Counted from the stretch's first letter, positions 39,744 through 49,758 are shown. The stretch: DNA of 64,000 bases from Omnitrophica WOR_2 bacterium GWF2_43_52 (GCA_001805445.1 MHGF01000003.1:120429-184428); one strand, 5' to 3'. Translations and numbers: made by a program. The notes: generated by a model not told the origin, from the sequence alone.

Positions 39744-41138
39744 ATGATGTTTACCTCAAGCGTAAGTGACAGGCGCAAGGATTATCGGATATACAACCCG
39801 GTGCCGGTAGCCTGTGAAATCGTTAACACTCAAGGCACTCCGATAAGAAAGCTAACTGTCATGGCAAAAGACATTAGTTCCAGCGGCATCTATTTTGAGT
39901 TTGGGGTAGCGTTAGCCTTGAATACGGAAATGAAAGTGGAATTCTCCCTGCCCAGAACAAACCATAACATAATTGCGACAGTAAAAATTAAACGGATAGA
40001 ATCAACCGAATTAGAAAATACTTTCGGCATTGGAGCCGCGTTTACCGAAATTCAGGATAACGACAGACATGAGATTGTCAAATTTATCGAATTCCTTAAT
40101 ATCGAAAAACTCCTTGAAATCACCGTACGAAAAGGGGCTTCAGACCTGCATCTCTTGGCCGAACAGCAGCCGGCGTTGCGCATCCATGGAGAAATTGAAC
40201 CTATAGACTTGCCTAAACTCTCTTCTGACGAAATAAGCAAAATACTTTTTAGCACCCTTTCCAGGCAGCAGATAAAACAATTTGAGCATGAGAAAGAATT
40301 AGACTACGGCTTGCAGTTTGACTCGGAAAATCGTTTCAGGGTAAATCTTCACCAGCAGCGCGGCTTCACCGAAGCAACCCTCAGGCTTATCAACACCAGG
40401 ATTCCGTCATTTGAAGAACTCCAGCTGCCGGATGCGGTGAAAGACTTGGCAAGGCTTAAGGACGGCCTCATTCTTGTTGCCGGCCCCACAGGTTCAGGAA
40501 AAACTACTACGATAGCGGCAATGGTTGATTTAATCAATAAAGAGAAAAAAGGCGTAGTCATAACCTTGGAAAGGCCGATTGAGTTCGTACATCTCAATAT
40601 AAAAAGCATCATCAAGCAACGCGAGGTAGGCATAGATACTAACTCATTTTCTACCGCCCTTAAAAGCAGCCTCAGGCAAGACCCTAACGTTATCGTCATC
40701 GGAGAAATCGAGGATATTGAAACGGTAAAAACCGCGATCATTGCCGCGGAAACCGGCCACCTTGTCATCGCCTCTTTTCACGCTACTGACTCAATGCAGG
40801 CCATTGACCGCCTAGCAGGGTTTTTCCCAACAGAAAACAGAAAACAAATACTCTCTCAATTATCACATTGCCTCCATGGGATATTAACCCAGGTACTCCT
40901 GCCCCGCAAGGATAAATTAGGCAGGGTTTTAGCCTGCGAAATTGTTTTCGCTAATGACGCGGTAAAAAGGATTATCCGCAGAGATGAACTAATCCAACTG
41001 GCTACCGCTATCCAAACAGGCGCGAACTTTAAAATGAAATCCTTAAACGATGCCGTGAAAAAATACTTAGATGAAGGCGTCATTGACGAAGAAGCTGCGC
41101 GAGCATATTTGGATGAGGCAAATAAATCTTACCGGTAA
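39744..41138 (+). CDS. PilT/PilU-family pilus ATPase with N-terminal PilZ domain
   Basis: RRKDYR and DISSSG (PilZ); GASDLHL, GPTGSGKTT, QREVG.DT, LRQDP, ETGHL. Confidence 0.9.
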   Translation: MMFTSSVSDRRKDYRIYNPVPVACEIVNTQGTPIRKLTVMAKDISSSGIYFEFGVALALNTEMKVEFSLPRTNHNIIATVKIKRIESTELENTFGIGAAFTEIQDNDRHEIVKFIEFLNIEKLLEITVRKGASDLHLLAEQQPALRIHGEIEPIDLPKLSSDEISKILFSTLSRQQIKQFEHEKELDYGLQFDSENRFRVNLHQQRGFTEATLRLINTRIPSFEELQLPDAVKDLARLKDGLILVAGPTGSGKTTTIAAMVDLINKEKKGVVITLERPIEFVHLNIKSIIKQREVGIDTNSFSTALKSSLRQDPNVIVIGEIEDIETVKTAIIAAETGHLVIASFHATDSMQAIDRLAGFFPTENRKQILSQLSHCLHGILTQVLLPRKDKLGRVLACEIVFANDAVKRIIRRDELIQLATAIQTGANFKMKSLNDAVKKYLDEGVIDEEAARAYLDEANKSYR

Positions 41139-41186
41139 GAGAATTCACCTTACCCTGAGGATTTTTACAAAAAAATATAATGAACA

Positions 41187-42758
41187 ATGAAAGTAGCGGC
41201 CAATCAAGAAGTAATGGAAAAAATAGTATCTCTTTGTAAACGAAGAGGCTTCATATTTCAAGGCTCTGAAATTTACGGAGGGCTTGCCAACACCTGGGAT
41301 TACGGGCCCTTAGGCGCGGAATTAAAACGTAATATAAAAGAGGCCTGGTGGCGCGCGAATGTGCGCGAGCGCTCGGACATGGTAGGGCTCGACGCGGCAA
41401 TCCTCATGCATCCAAAAGTCTGGGAGGCATCGGGGCATTTAAAAAGTTTTGCCGATCCCTTTGTGAAATGCCCTGCCTGCGGAAATTTCTTTAGGTCTGA
41501 CAGGATTTGGGATGAAATCTTAAATAGCCCTTGGTGCAGTTCTCTAAAAGAAGGAATGAAAGGTGAAAAAGGCGCTTCTTGTTATCTCCATTGGGCAAAA
41601 AACGAGGGTAAGAAATTAGCTCAGAATTTAAGCCTGGTAAAAGAGCCAGAGATAACCCTTTCCTTTCTTGGCGATAGAGTTGAAAAGTTTGGAGAGACAG
41701 GGATTGATTTTAAAACTTTTTTAGCCAGAATCTCTTGTACGCCTGATGGAATAGCCAAAACACCGTGTCCAAATTGCGGAAATCCCTTACCGGAAGAATC
41801 TATGGCCGCGAATCTTATGCTTGAGACTTACTTTGGCCCTGTAAAGGAAACCGCGCAAAAGGTCTATCTCCGCCCTGAGACCGCACAGGGGATATTTGTG
41901 AATTTCGCCAATATCGTGGATGTTTCACGAAAAAAACTCCCCTTTGGCATTGCCCAAATCGGAAAATCGTTTCGCAATGAAATAACCCCCGGGAATATCA
42001 CCTTTAGGACCCGGGAATTTGAACAAATGGAAATAGAGTATTTTGTAAGGCCTGAGGAAGCGGAAAAAGCCTATGAATATTGGGTGCAGGAACGCTACAA
42101 TTGGTATCTTGGCTTGGGAATGCAAAAAGAGAACATACGCCTGAGGCCTCATGATAAAAAGGAATTAGCTCATTACGCCAAAGCCTGTTCTGATATAGAA
42201 TATCAGTTCCCTTTTGGCTGGTCGGAATTAGAAGGGATTGCCAATAGAAGTGACTTTGATTTAGCGCAGCATTCCAAACACTCGGGTAAAGAACTTGCCT
42301 ATTTTGATTCGCTGACCAAAGAAAAAATAGTGCCTTACATTATCGAGCCTTCAGGAGGTGTTGACAGGGCAGCCCTGGCCTTTTTGGTTGACGCCTACAG
42401 CGAAGAAAAAGTTAAGGACGAAACCAGGGTAGTTTTAAAACTTGACAAGAAACTCGCGCCCTTTGCCATTGCTGTTTTGCCTCTTTTAAAGAACAGGCCG
42501 GAAATCGTTGCCCTGGCAAAAAAGCTTTATCAGGATGTACGCTGCCGTTGGGCGAGTGTCTATGACGATACCGCGGCAATCGGAAAACTTTATCGTCGGC
42601 AGGATGAAGTAGGAACGCTTTTTTGCTTGACAGTTGATGTACAATCATTAGAAGATAAACAAGTAACGGTACGTGACAGAGACACCATGAAGCAGGACCG
42701 GATTAGCATGGATAGGCTAAAGGAATATTTCGCGGATAGGTTAAACAATAGGGGGTAG
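41187..42758 (+). CDS. glyQS: Glycine--tRNA ligase (homodimeric type) with an enlarged insertion
   Basis: KRRGF, YLRPETAQGIF, KSFRNEITP, REFEQME, IGKLYRRQDE. Confidence 0.96.
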   Translation: MKVAANQEVMEKIVSLCKRRGFIFQGSEIYGGLANTWDYGPLGAELKRNIKEAWWRANVRERSDMVGLDAAILMHPKVWEASGHLKSFADPFVKCPACGNFFRSDRIWDEILNSPWCSSLKEGMKGEKGASCYLHWAKNEGKKLAQNLSLVKEPEITLSFLGDRVEKFGETGIDFKTFLARISCTPDGIAKTPCPNCGNPLPEESMAANLMLETYFGPVKETAQKVYLRPETAQGIFVNFANIVDVSRKKLPFGIAQIGKSFRNEITPGNITFRTREFEQMEIEYFVRPEEAEKAYEYWVQERYNWYLGLGMQKENIRLRPHDKKELAHYAKACSDIEYQFPFGWSELEGIANRSDFDLAQHSKHSGKELAYFDSLTKEKIVPYIIEPSGGVDRAALAFLVDAYSEEKVKDETRVVLKLDKKLAPFAIAVLPLLKNRPEIVALAKKLYQDVRCRWASVYDDTAAIGKLYRRQDEVGTLFCLTVDVQSLEDKQVTVRDRDTMKQDRISMDRLKEYFADRLNNRG

Positions 42759-42780
42759 GAATCACCTGAATAAATAATAA

Positions 42781-42882
42781 CGGGCAGACACAAAGGTCTG
42801 CCCCTACGATGGCAGAATTACCAATGGTTTAAAACATAAATGATAAATTATTAATGTAGGGGCGAACCCCTGTGTTCGCCCG
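42781..42882. repeat. GTAG-family REP doublet (REPIN-like)
   Basis: cgggcagacacaaaggtctgcccctac ... gtaggggcgaacccctgtgttcgcccg, inverted. Confidence 0.8.
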
Positions 42883-42902
42883 GAAGGAGGGTTTTAAAGA
42901 GA

Positions 42903-45695
42903 ATGGCAAAGAAAAAAGTAACCACCAAAGCTAAGAATACAACTAAAACCGTAAAAGCCCAGAAGTGGGTTTATTGCTTTGGCGGCGGAAAAGCAGACGG
43001 CAATGAAAGCATGAAGAACCTCTTAGGAGGGAAAGGAGCAAACCTTGCCGAAATGGCAGGCCACAGGGATTTACGATTACCGGTTCCTCCCGGATTTACC
43101 CTTACCACGGAAGTCTGTGTTCATTATTACGCCCATAGGCGCTCCTATCCAGAAGGGCTCAAGTATCAGGTTGAAACCGCGTTAAAGAAGGTAGAAGATT
43201 TAATGGAGAGAAAATTCGGCGATCCCGTCAACCCTCTCTTGGTTTCAGTTCGTTCCGGAGCAAGAAAATCAATGCCGGGGATGATGGAAACGGTCTTAAA
43301 TATCGGCTTAAACGAAAAAACTATTCCCGGGCTTATTACCCAAAGCGGCGGCAACAGCCGTTTTGTCTACGATGCCTATCGCAGGCTGATTATGATGTAT
43401 TCGGATGTGGTTATGGAAAAGGCCGCGGGCATTGAACCTGAGCACGATGAAGCAGGCATCAGAAAACAGCTTGAGAAAATAATGTCCGAGATAAAAAAAC
43501 AGAAAGGAATTTCTAACGATACTGATTTAGATGTCAACGATTTAAAGAAACTCTGCGGCTTATTTAAGATAAAAATCAAAGAAGTGCTAAAAAAAGACTT
43601 TCCTGATGACCCCTATGAACAGCTCTGGGGCGGCATTGGCGCTGTATTCTCTTCCTGGAACGGAAAAAGGGCAATCAGCTACCGCAGGATTGAAAATATT
43701 CCTGACGAATGGGGCACCGCAGTCACTGTGCAGACGATGGTCTTCGGCAATATGGGTAATGATTCGGCAACCGGTGTTGCCTTTACCCGAAACCCGGGCA
43801 ACGGTGAAAACCACTTTTTCGGAGAGTACCTCATTAACGCCCAGGGTGAGGACGTGGTGGCGGGAATCCGAACACCCGCGCCTATTAGCGAATATTCCAA
43901 GAGTGAACATAATAAAGACCTGGTGAGCCTCGAAAAAGCTATGCCAAGGCTTTACCAGGAGCTTTTTGCTATACAAAACCGCCTGGAAAAACACTACCGC
44001 GACATGCAGGATATCGAGTTTACCATTGAAAAGGGAAAGCTCTTTATGCTCCAATGCCGCATAGGCAAGCGTAATGGCCCGGCTGCCGTAAGAATGGCAA
44101 CCGATATGGTAAAGGAAAAGCTTATTACCAAAGAAACGGCTGTATTACGAGTCAGCCCTTCGCAGCTTGACGAACTATTGCATCCGATTATTGATCCCAA
44201 GGCTCAGATGGAGCATAAGCCGATTGCTAAAGGCCTGCCCGCGGGCCCGGGAGGCGCGGTCGGAATGGCGGTATTTTCATCTGCTGACGCTGTCAAATGG
44301 GCAAAAGACGGTAAGAAAGTAATTCTCGTAAGAGAAGAAACTAATCCTGAAGACGTCGAAGGCATGCGCGCGGCCCAAGCTATCCTTACCGCGCGAGGAG
44401 GAATGACTTCCCATGCGGCGCTGGTTGCCAGAGGCTGGGGCAAGTGCTGTGTTGTCGGCTGCGGCGCGCTTCATATTGATACCCAGGCCAAAACCCTCCA
44501 TGTCAACGGCCTGATTGTCAAGGAAGGCGAGTGGATTACCTTAAACGGCACCAAAGGCAGCGTCTATCTAGGACAGTTAAAGATGATGGATGCGTCAGAG
44601 GAAAACAAGCTCCTTTTTGATTTCCTGAAGATGTGCGATTCCTTCCGCCGGCTTAAGGTCCGTACCAATGCCGATACTCCGGATGATGCCAAAAAAGCGC
44701 GCGCCTTTGGCGCGGAAGGAATCGGATTGTTTAGAACCGAGCATATGTTCTATGGCAGGGGTTCTGAAGAACCACTGTTTAAATTGCGTAAAATGATTAT
44801 CTCTAAAACCGAGGCTGAAAGAAGAAAGGCCTTAGACGAATTATTCGTCCACGTAAAAGCAGATATAAAAGGTACATTAGAGGCGATGAAAGGGCTTCCG
44901 GTAACGATACGCCTTCTTGATCCGCCTTTACACGAATTCATCCCTCGCGAAGAAAAACAGCAGGCAGAACTTGCCCAAAGCTTAGCCATTACCATCGAAG
45001 AATTCCATAAACGCTCAGATGCCCTCCACGAAAATAACCCCATGATGGGCCATCGCGGAGTGAGGCTTGGCATTACCTATCCTGAGGTAACGGAAATGCA
45101 GGTACGGGCAATCTTAGAGGCCGCGGCAGAGCTTTTAAAAGAGGGTGTCAGGGTAGAGCCAGAAATCATGATTCCCGTAGTCTGTTCGGTTAAAGAATTA
45201 ACTAACCAGGCCGCGATAGTCAAGAAGGTATATGATGAAGTGTTAAAGAAATATGGCATTAAGAAACTATCCTATATGTTTGGAACAATGATCGAAATCC
45301 CCAGGGCATGCCTTATTGCCGATAAGCTCGCGGAGACGGCAGAATTCTTCTCATTTGGTACTAACGACCTAACCCAAATGGGATTTGGATTTTCCCGGGA
45401 TGACATTGGCGGTTTCCTCCCCGATTATCTGGATAAAGGCATCCTCAAGGATGATCCTTTCCAAACCATTGATCAGGAAGGCATTGGGCAATTAATCGAA
45501 ATTGGTATCCAGCGAGGCAGAAAAACCAAAAAAGATTTAAAAATAGGTATCTGCGGCGAGCACGGAGGAGAAGCAAAATCCGTGGAATTCTGCCATAAAG
45601 CGGGAATGAACTATGTCTCGTGTTCACCGTTTAGAGTGCCTATCGCCCGTTTAGCAGCCGCGCAGGTGGTGTTAAAGGAGAAAAAAACAAAATAG
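42903..45695 (+). CDS. ppdK: Pyruvate, phosphate dikinase
   Basis: LLGGKGANLAEM, VSVRSGA, GGMTSHAA, SFGTNDLTQ, GICGEHGG. Confidence 0.98.
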   Translation: MAKKKVTTKAKNTTKTVKAQKWVYCFGGGKADGNESMKNLLGGKGANLAEMAGHRDLRLPVPPGFTLTTEVCVHYYAHRRSYPEGLKYQVETALKKVEDLMERKFGDPVNPLLVSVRSGARKSMPGMMETVLNIGLNEKTIPGLITQSGGNSRFVYDAYRRLIMMYSDVVMEKAAGIEPEHDEAGIRKQLEKIMSEIKKQKGISNDTDLDVNDLKKLCGLFKIKIKEVLKKDFPDDPYEQLWGGIGAVFSSWNGKRAISYRRIENIPDEWGTAVTVQTMVFGNMGNDSATGVAFTRNPGNGENHFFGEYLINAQGEDVVAGIRTPAPISEYSKSEHNKDLVSLEKAMPRLYQELFAIQNRLEKHYRDMQDIEFTIEKGKLFMLQCRIGKRNGPAAVRMATDMVKEKLITKETAVLRVSPSQLDELLHPIIDPKAQMEHKPIAKGLPAGPGGAVGMAVFSSADAVKWAKDGKKVILVREETNPEDVEGMRAAQAILTARGGMTSHAALVARGWGKCCVVGCGALHIDTQAKTLHVNGLIVKEGEWITLNGTKGSVYLGQLKMMDASEENKLLFDFLKMCDSFRRLKVRTNADTPDDAKKARAFGAEGIGLFRTEHMFYGRGSEEPLFKLRKMIISKTEAERRKALDELFVHVKADIKGTLEAMKGLPVTIRLLDPPLHEFIPREEKQQAELAQSLAITIEEFHKRSDALHENNPMMGHRGVRLGITYPEVTEMQVRAILEAAAELLKEGVRVEPEIMIPVVCSVKELTNQAAIVKKVYDEVLKKYGIKKLSYMFGTMIEIPRACLIADKLAETAEFFSFGTNDLTQMGFGFSRDDIGGFLPDYLDKGILKDDPFQTIDQEGIGQLIEIGIQRGRKTKKDLKIGICGEHGGEAKSVEFCHKAGMNYVSCSPFRVPIARLAAAQVVLKEKKTK

Positions 45696-45696
45696 A

Positions 45697-45787
45697 GTTA
45701 CCATATCACCAGTCACAAAGTCACCATGTCACCAGATATAAAAATAAATTATTTTACTGGCGTCGGGTGTCTTTGTGGCGTGGTGAC
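45697..45787. repeat. Inverted array of GTCACCA-type 7-8 bp units
   Basis: gttaccatatcaccagtcacaaagtcaccatgtcaccag ... ctggcgtcgggtgtctttgtggcgtggtgac. Confidence 0.6.
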
Positions 45788-45798
45788 CCTAAAAAACT

Positions 45799-46617
45799 AT
45801 GGAATCCATAAAAACGTACCTTAAAGATATCCGCCACATACCTCTTTTAAAGCCTGAAGAAGAAATAGACTTGGCACAAAAGATAAAAAAAGGCAGCAAA
45901 GAGGCAAGAAAAAAAATGATTCGCTCAAACCTGCGCATGGTCGTCAATATTGCCAAACGCTATACGTATTTCGGCATGCCCCTTATGGATTTGATTGAAG
46001 AAGGCAATATCGGGCTGATGAAAGCAGTGGATAAATTTAATCCTAATCGGGGTTTTCGCTTTTCCACCTACGCGGCATGGTGGATACGCCAGGCTATTGG
46101 CAGGGCTATTTCTGAACAAAGCCGGATTATCCGCCTTCCGGTCTATATCGGCGAAATGACCGCGAAATGGAAGAAATCAAGAGAATCCTTGACCCAAAAA
46201 TTGGGCCGTGCCCCGACACCGACGGAATTATCCAAGGCGTTAAATGTGTCAGGAAAACGCCTGCAACAAATCAGTTCCTGGTCAACAAATACTTCATCCC
46301 TGGATGCCCCTATCGGCGAAGAAGGAGAAGAACAAATCAAGGATTTAATTGAGGATACCAACACCGCGTCCCCTGAAGATACTATGGCGAAGACATTAAC
46401 CCGGGAACGGGTCATGGCGCTCCTTGATCATATCAGCATACGCGAGCGAAAAGTCTTAGACCTGCGTTTTGGCCTCCATGACGAAAAATCACATACCCTA
46501 GCAGAGGTATCAAAAAAAATGAAGGTCTCCCGCGAAAGAATCAGGCAAATTGAAGTAGTCGCGTTAAAAAAACTGCGTAAATTGGCCGCTACCCAGGAAA
46601 AAAACGAGCAGGAATAA
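45799..46617 (+). CDS. Sigma70-family factor, RpoD/RpoS-like, lacking region 1.1
   Basis: YLKDI..PLL..EE, NLRMVV.IAK, DLIEEGNIGL, FSTYAAWWIRQ, SRERIRQIE. Confidence 0.95.
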   Translation: MESIKTYLKDIRHIPLLKPEEEIDLAQKIKKGSKEARKKMIRSNLRMVVNIAKRYTYFGMPLMDLIEEGNIGLMKAVDKFNPNRGFRFSTYAAWWIRQAIGRAISEQSRIIRLPVYIGEMTAKWKKSRESLTQKLGRAPTPTELSKALNVSGKRLQQISSWSTNTSSLDAPIGEEGEEQIKDLIEDTNTASPEDTMAKTLTRERVMALLDHISIRERKVLDLRFGLHDEKSHTLAEVSKKMKVSRERIRQIEVVALKKLRKLAATQEKNEQE

Positions 46618-46634
46618 ACTACATAAAATATACG

Positions 46635-47330
46635 ATGAAAATACTTGACGCTCAAGGAAGGCTCTTTGGAAAAATAAACGTTATTGATTTTCTGGCACTG
46701 ATGTTTCTGGTATCCCTTACGCCAATGTTTTATTTTGGTTATAAAATAGTTAACAAAAAACCCCAGGCCCCGCAAGCGCAAGAATTCCCAGTTGTCCCCA
46801 AAGCCATCATTGAAACCGAATTTGATTTCACTTTTACTAAATTAGATTCACACACCGCGAAGCTTATAGCCATCGGCGATAAGGAAATAGATAAAAGCGG
46901 CCAGATAATCGGAGAAATCATCTCTGTTGGCAGGCTAAAACCATTAACCTATGAAATTGACCTCGGCAGCGGCTTAAAATCAACGAAGGAAAACCCCGAG
47001 CTCAAACAAATTCCGGTAACTCTGAAAATTAAGGCTGAAGTCAAAGACAACAGCCTGTATTACAAAGACAAGCCATTAAAGGCTGCTACTCTTATAGATT
47101 TTCACTCTAACAAATATACCGCGCAGGCTATTTTCATGCCGGTGGGTATTTCTACGATTGAAAAAACTATTCCTAGTCTCACCTCAGATGCGATAAAAGC
47201 CATGATTGAGCAAAAAACAACTGTTCTGAATCAAGAAATTAACCTTTTGAGGAATAAGATCGATCTCTTAGAAACATTTTTAAAACAAGAAAAAACTACA
47301 GAAAAAAGAGAACCAAAGGTAAAGAAATGA
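46635..47330 (+). CDS. DUF4330-like membrane-anchored protein with C-terminal coiled coil
   Basis: MKILD.QGRLFGKINVID N-terminal signature followed by one TM. Confidence 0.7.
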   Translation: MKILDAQGRLFGKINVIDFLALMFLVSLTPMFYFGYKIVNKKPQAPQAQEFPVVPKAIIETEFDFTFTKLDSHTAKLIAIGDKEIDKSGQIIGEIISVGRLKPLTYEIDLGSGLKSTKENPELKQIPVTLKIKAEVKDNSLYYKDKPLKAATLIDFHSNKYTAQAIFMPVGISTIEKTIPSLTSDAIKAMIEQKTTVLNQEINLLRNKIDLLETFLKQEKTTEKREPKVKK

Positions 47331-47899
47331 TCCTCAAGCGTATCGCAGGCAGCAGCGCGCTACTCTCATACCTTAGAAAGATTCAACATACGTACCTGCG
47401 GCTTGAAGATACCTGCGGGAAATTCTACCAAAACAGCCGCGTACATAAAGTATGCGCGCGTTTATGGCAGGGAACAAGAAAAAATCTTAAACATAGTTTC
47501 CTGGGAAAAATAACCGAACCAGGTAACTGCATCAGCCCCTCTGCATTTGAAGAGAGCAGAAGCGTCAAATGGATAGTTGGTAAATATAGATTCTGGACGC
47601 GGAAAATACAAAGCTATTTTTCCTCAAGCGCGCTCAAAGGCGCGATAGAAAACCTTAAACAAGATTTTTATGCTGCTCCTGTCATGACAGGAAGCATCGT
47701 TATTTTGATAGCTCTACTTACCAATATCTTCCTATCAATCCTATTCCATAGAGATATTAATTTCTGGGGATGGCTCATAAGAATAGTCTTTTTAGTGGTA
47801 AGCTTTGGCGGTTTATTTTGTAAAGCGGACTGGAAAAAAATCGAAAAAGGCAGTTTTATACTGCAGCGCATCAACAAAAAAACAGAGCAGGAGAGATAA
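47327..47899 (+). CDS. Hypothetical membrane protein
   Basis: 190-aa ORF overlapping the upstream stop (ATGA); two C-terminal TMs. Confidence 0.65.
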   Translation: MILKRIAGSSALLSYLRKIQHTYLRLEDTCGKFYQNSRVHKVCARLWQGTRKNLKHSFLGKITEPGNCISPSAFEESRSVKWIVGKYRFWTRKIQSYFSSSALKGAIENLKQDFYAAPVMTGSIVILIALLTNIFLSILFHRDINFWGWLIRIVFLVVSFGGLFCKADWKKIEKGSFILQRINKKTEQER

Positions 47900-47902
47900 A
47901 CT

Positions 47903-48760
47903 ATGGTAACAAAAGCAAAAGCCTACGCGCTTATTGTCCCGCGCTTTGAAGATGTATTACATTCATTTTACGCCTCGGAAATTATCAAAGGAGTAAGCCT
48001 GGCAGCCAGCCATCTAAAGGCTGATGTGCTTATCCATATTACCGAACGCGCCCGCCATGAAGACTGGCTGAACTGGCCGGTGTTAAACTCATCGTATCTA
48101 GACGGTGTTTTATTCGCGGATATAGACAGCGATACAGCCACACTCAAGAAATTTATCGCCAAAGGTATCCCCTATCTAGTATTAAACAATGCCTTTGATG
48201 AGCCTATTAACAGTATCTCTATTGACAACGAAAAAGCCGCGGTTGAGGCAATGCAGTATCTGGTGAAATTAGGCCATAAGAAAATCGCGACCATTGCCGG
48301 GGACCTGCATACACAATCAGGGAAAGCAAGGCTTAAAGGATATAAAGAAGCATTAGCAAAGCATAAGCTACCGCTTAAAGATGAATATATCGGTGTAGGA
48401 GGCTTTTTGCGCACCCCGGCACGCGCTGCCGCGGAAAAGCTTCTCCACCTTCATCAGCGTCCGACGGCGATATTTGCCGCCTCTGACGTCATGGCATTAG
48501 AGTTAATTGATTTGGCAAGAAAAGAGGGACTATCTATCCCCCACGATATCTCTATCATCGGTTTTGACGATAATCCAATAGCACTCTATTCATCAATAGG
48601 GCTTACCACGGTACGCCAACCAATCGTGGAAATGGGACAGCTCGGCCTTGAAACCTTAGACCAGATTGCCCAAAGAAAAGTTAAACTGCCCGTAAAAAGC
48701 ACACTGCCGGCGAAATTGGTTTTACGTGAATCTTGTACTAAGCCTAAGAAGGAGAAATAA
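47903..48760 (+). CDS. LacI/GalR-type effector-binding domain protein without HTH
   Basis: LGHKKIA, R..GY..AL, PTAIFAASD, DISIIGFDD, LTTVRQP, LVLRESC. Confidence 0.85.
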   Translation: MVTKAKAYALIVPRFEDVLHSFYASEIIKGVSLAASHLKADVLIHITERARHEDWLNWPVLNSSYLDGVLFADIDSDTATLKKFIAKGIPYLVLNNAFDEPINSISIDNEKAAVEAMQYLVKLGHKKIATIAGDLHTQSGKARLKGYKEALAKHKLPLKDEYIGVGGFLRTPARAAAEKLLHLHQRPTAIFAASDVMALELIDLARKEGLSIPHDISIIGFDDNPIALYSSIGLTTVRQPIVEMGQLGLETLDQIAQRKVKLPVKSTLPAKLVLRESCTKPKKEK

Positions 48761-48764
48761 TTGA

Positions 48765-48928
48765 TGGGTCGATAGTCGATGGTCAATGGTCAATAGTGAA
48801 ATGAAAACTATAGGCTATCGGCCATAGACTATTGACCCGTACTATAAGGAGATTCAACCAGAATCCTGCGAGGCGAAGCCTCGTAAAGCTATAGACTATA
48901 GACTATAGACCATCGACTATTGACCCGC
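48765..48928. repeat. Composite CTATMGA 7-bp arrays with an embedded AGGC-N3-GCCT palindrome
   Basis: gggtcgatagtcgatggtcaatggtcaatag / ctataggctatcggccatagactattgaccc; second arm ctatagactatagactatagaccatcgactattgaccc. Confidence 0.85.
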
Positions 48929-48946
48929 TATAAGGAGCTTTTCCCT

Positions 48947-49480
48947 ATGACAACAAAGATTGGCCTTGCCAAATCTATCCGCAGCATTCCTGATTTTCCC
49001 AAACCCGGTATTTTATTCAGGGATATTACTACATTGATAAAGGATAAGAAGGCGTTTCATGCTTCAGTTGAGCTTATCGCTAAGAAATTCGCTAAAGAAA
49101 AGATTGATTATGTGGTAGGAGTAGAAGCAAGAGGCTTTATTTTCGGGGGAGCGCTGGCAACCCGCTTAAAGTGCGGTTTTATTCCAGTGCGTAAAAAGGG
49201 TAAACTCCCTTGGAAGACAAAGGGCATTACCTATAACCTGGAATACGGCACCGATACGCTCGAAATCCACGAAGATGCCCTCAAGCCAAAAGATAAGGTT
49301 TTGATTATTGATGACCTCCTTGCAACCGGCGGCACGGTAAGGGCAGTTGTGGATTTGGTAGAAACGCAAGGTGCAAAAATTATCGGGATTGCCTTTGTCA
49401 TTGAGCTCGTAGACTTAAAAGGAAGAGAAAAACTTAAAAAATACCCCATTATCTCTCTTGTGCAGTTTGAGGGGGAATAA
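48947..49480 (+). CDS. apt: Adenine phosphoribosyltransferase
   Basis: IPDFPKPGILFRDIT, EARGF, RKKGKLP, IDDLLATGGT; AAGGAG SD. Confidence 0.97.
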   Translation: MTTKIGLAKSIRSIPDFPKPGILFRDITTLIKDKKAFHASVELIAKKFAKEKIDYVVGVEARGFIFGGALATRLKCGFIPVRKKGKLPWKTKGITYNLEYGTDTLEIHEDALKPKDKVLIIDDLLATGGTVRAVVDLVETQGAKIIGIAFVIELVDLKGREKLKKYPIISLVQFEGE

Positions 49481-49586
49481 GAAACGAGGGACGATTTAGG
49501 CTTCTTTTGTCTGTCGTCAATCGTTTGCCTGCCCCGAGCAGCTTGTAGTGAACGAAGTCGAACCAAGCCGAGGGATCGTCCATCAT
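49481..49586. repeat. GACGAxG/CxTCGTC 7-bp array interrupted by another small element
   Basis: gaaacgagggacga ... tcgtcaatcgttt [gcctgccccgagc...gtcgaacc...ccgaggga] tcgtccatcat. Confidence 0.5.
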
Positions 49587-49611
49587 AATCAGAATTTTAA
49601 TCGTAGAAATC

Positions 49612-49684
49612 GCCCCTGTAGCTCATAAGGATAGAGCAGTGGTTTCCTAAACCGCGTGGGCAAGTTCGATTCTTGCCAGGGGCA
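49612..49684 (+). tRNA. tRNA-Arg(CCT)
   Basis: Acceptor GCCCCTG/CAGGGGC, D stem GCTC/GAGC, anticodon arm GTGGT-ttCCTaa-ACCGC, T arm GCAAG-TTCGATT-CTTGC; CCA not encoded. Confidence 0.95.
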
Positions 49685-49689
49685 TTTTC

Positions 49690-49758
49690 ACGATAGACGA
49701 AAGAAGAGGGACGAAGGACACATTTTTCGTCCCGCGTCCATCCTCCCTCGTCCATCGT
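49690..49758. repeat. Inverted 7-bp array (GACGAxG / CxTCGTC)
   Basis: acgatagacgaaagaagagggacgaagg ... ttcgtcccgcgtccatcctccctcgtccatcgt. Confidence 0.75.

Noticed and set aside
41469-41790. Intein in GlyRS
   Set aside because: No C-terminal HN followed by C/S/T and no splicing blocks
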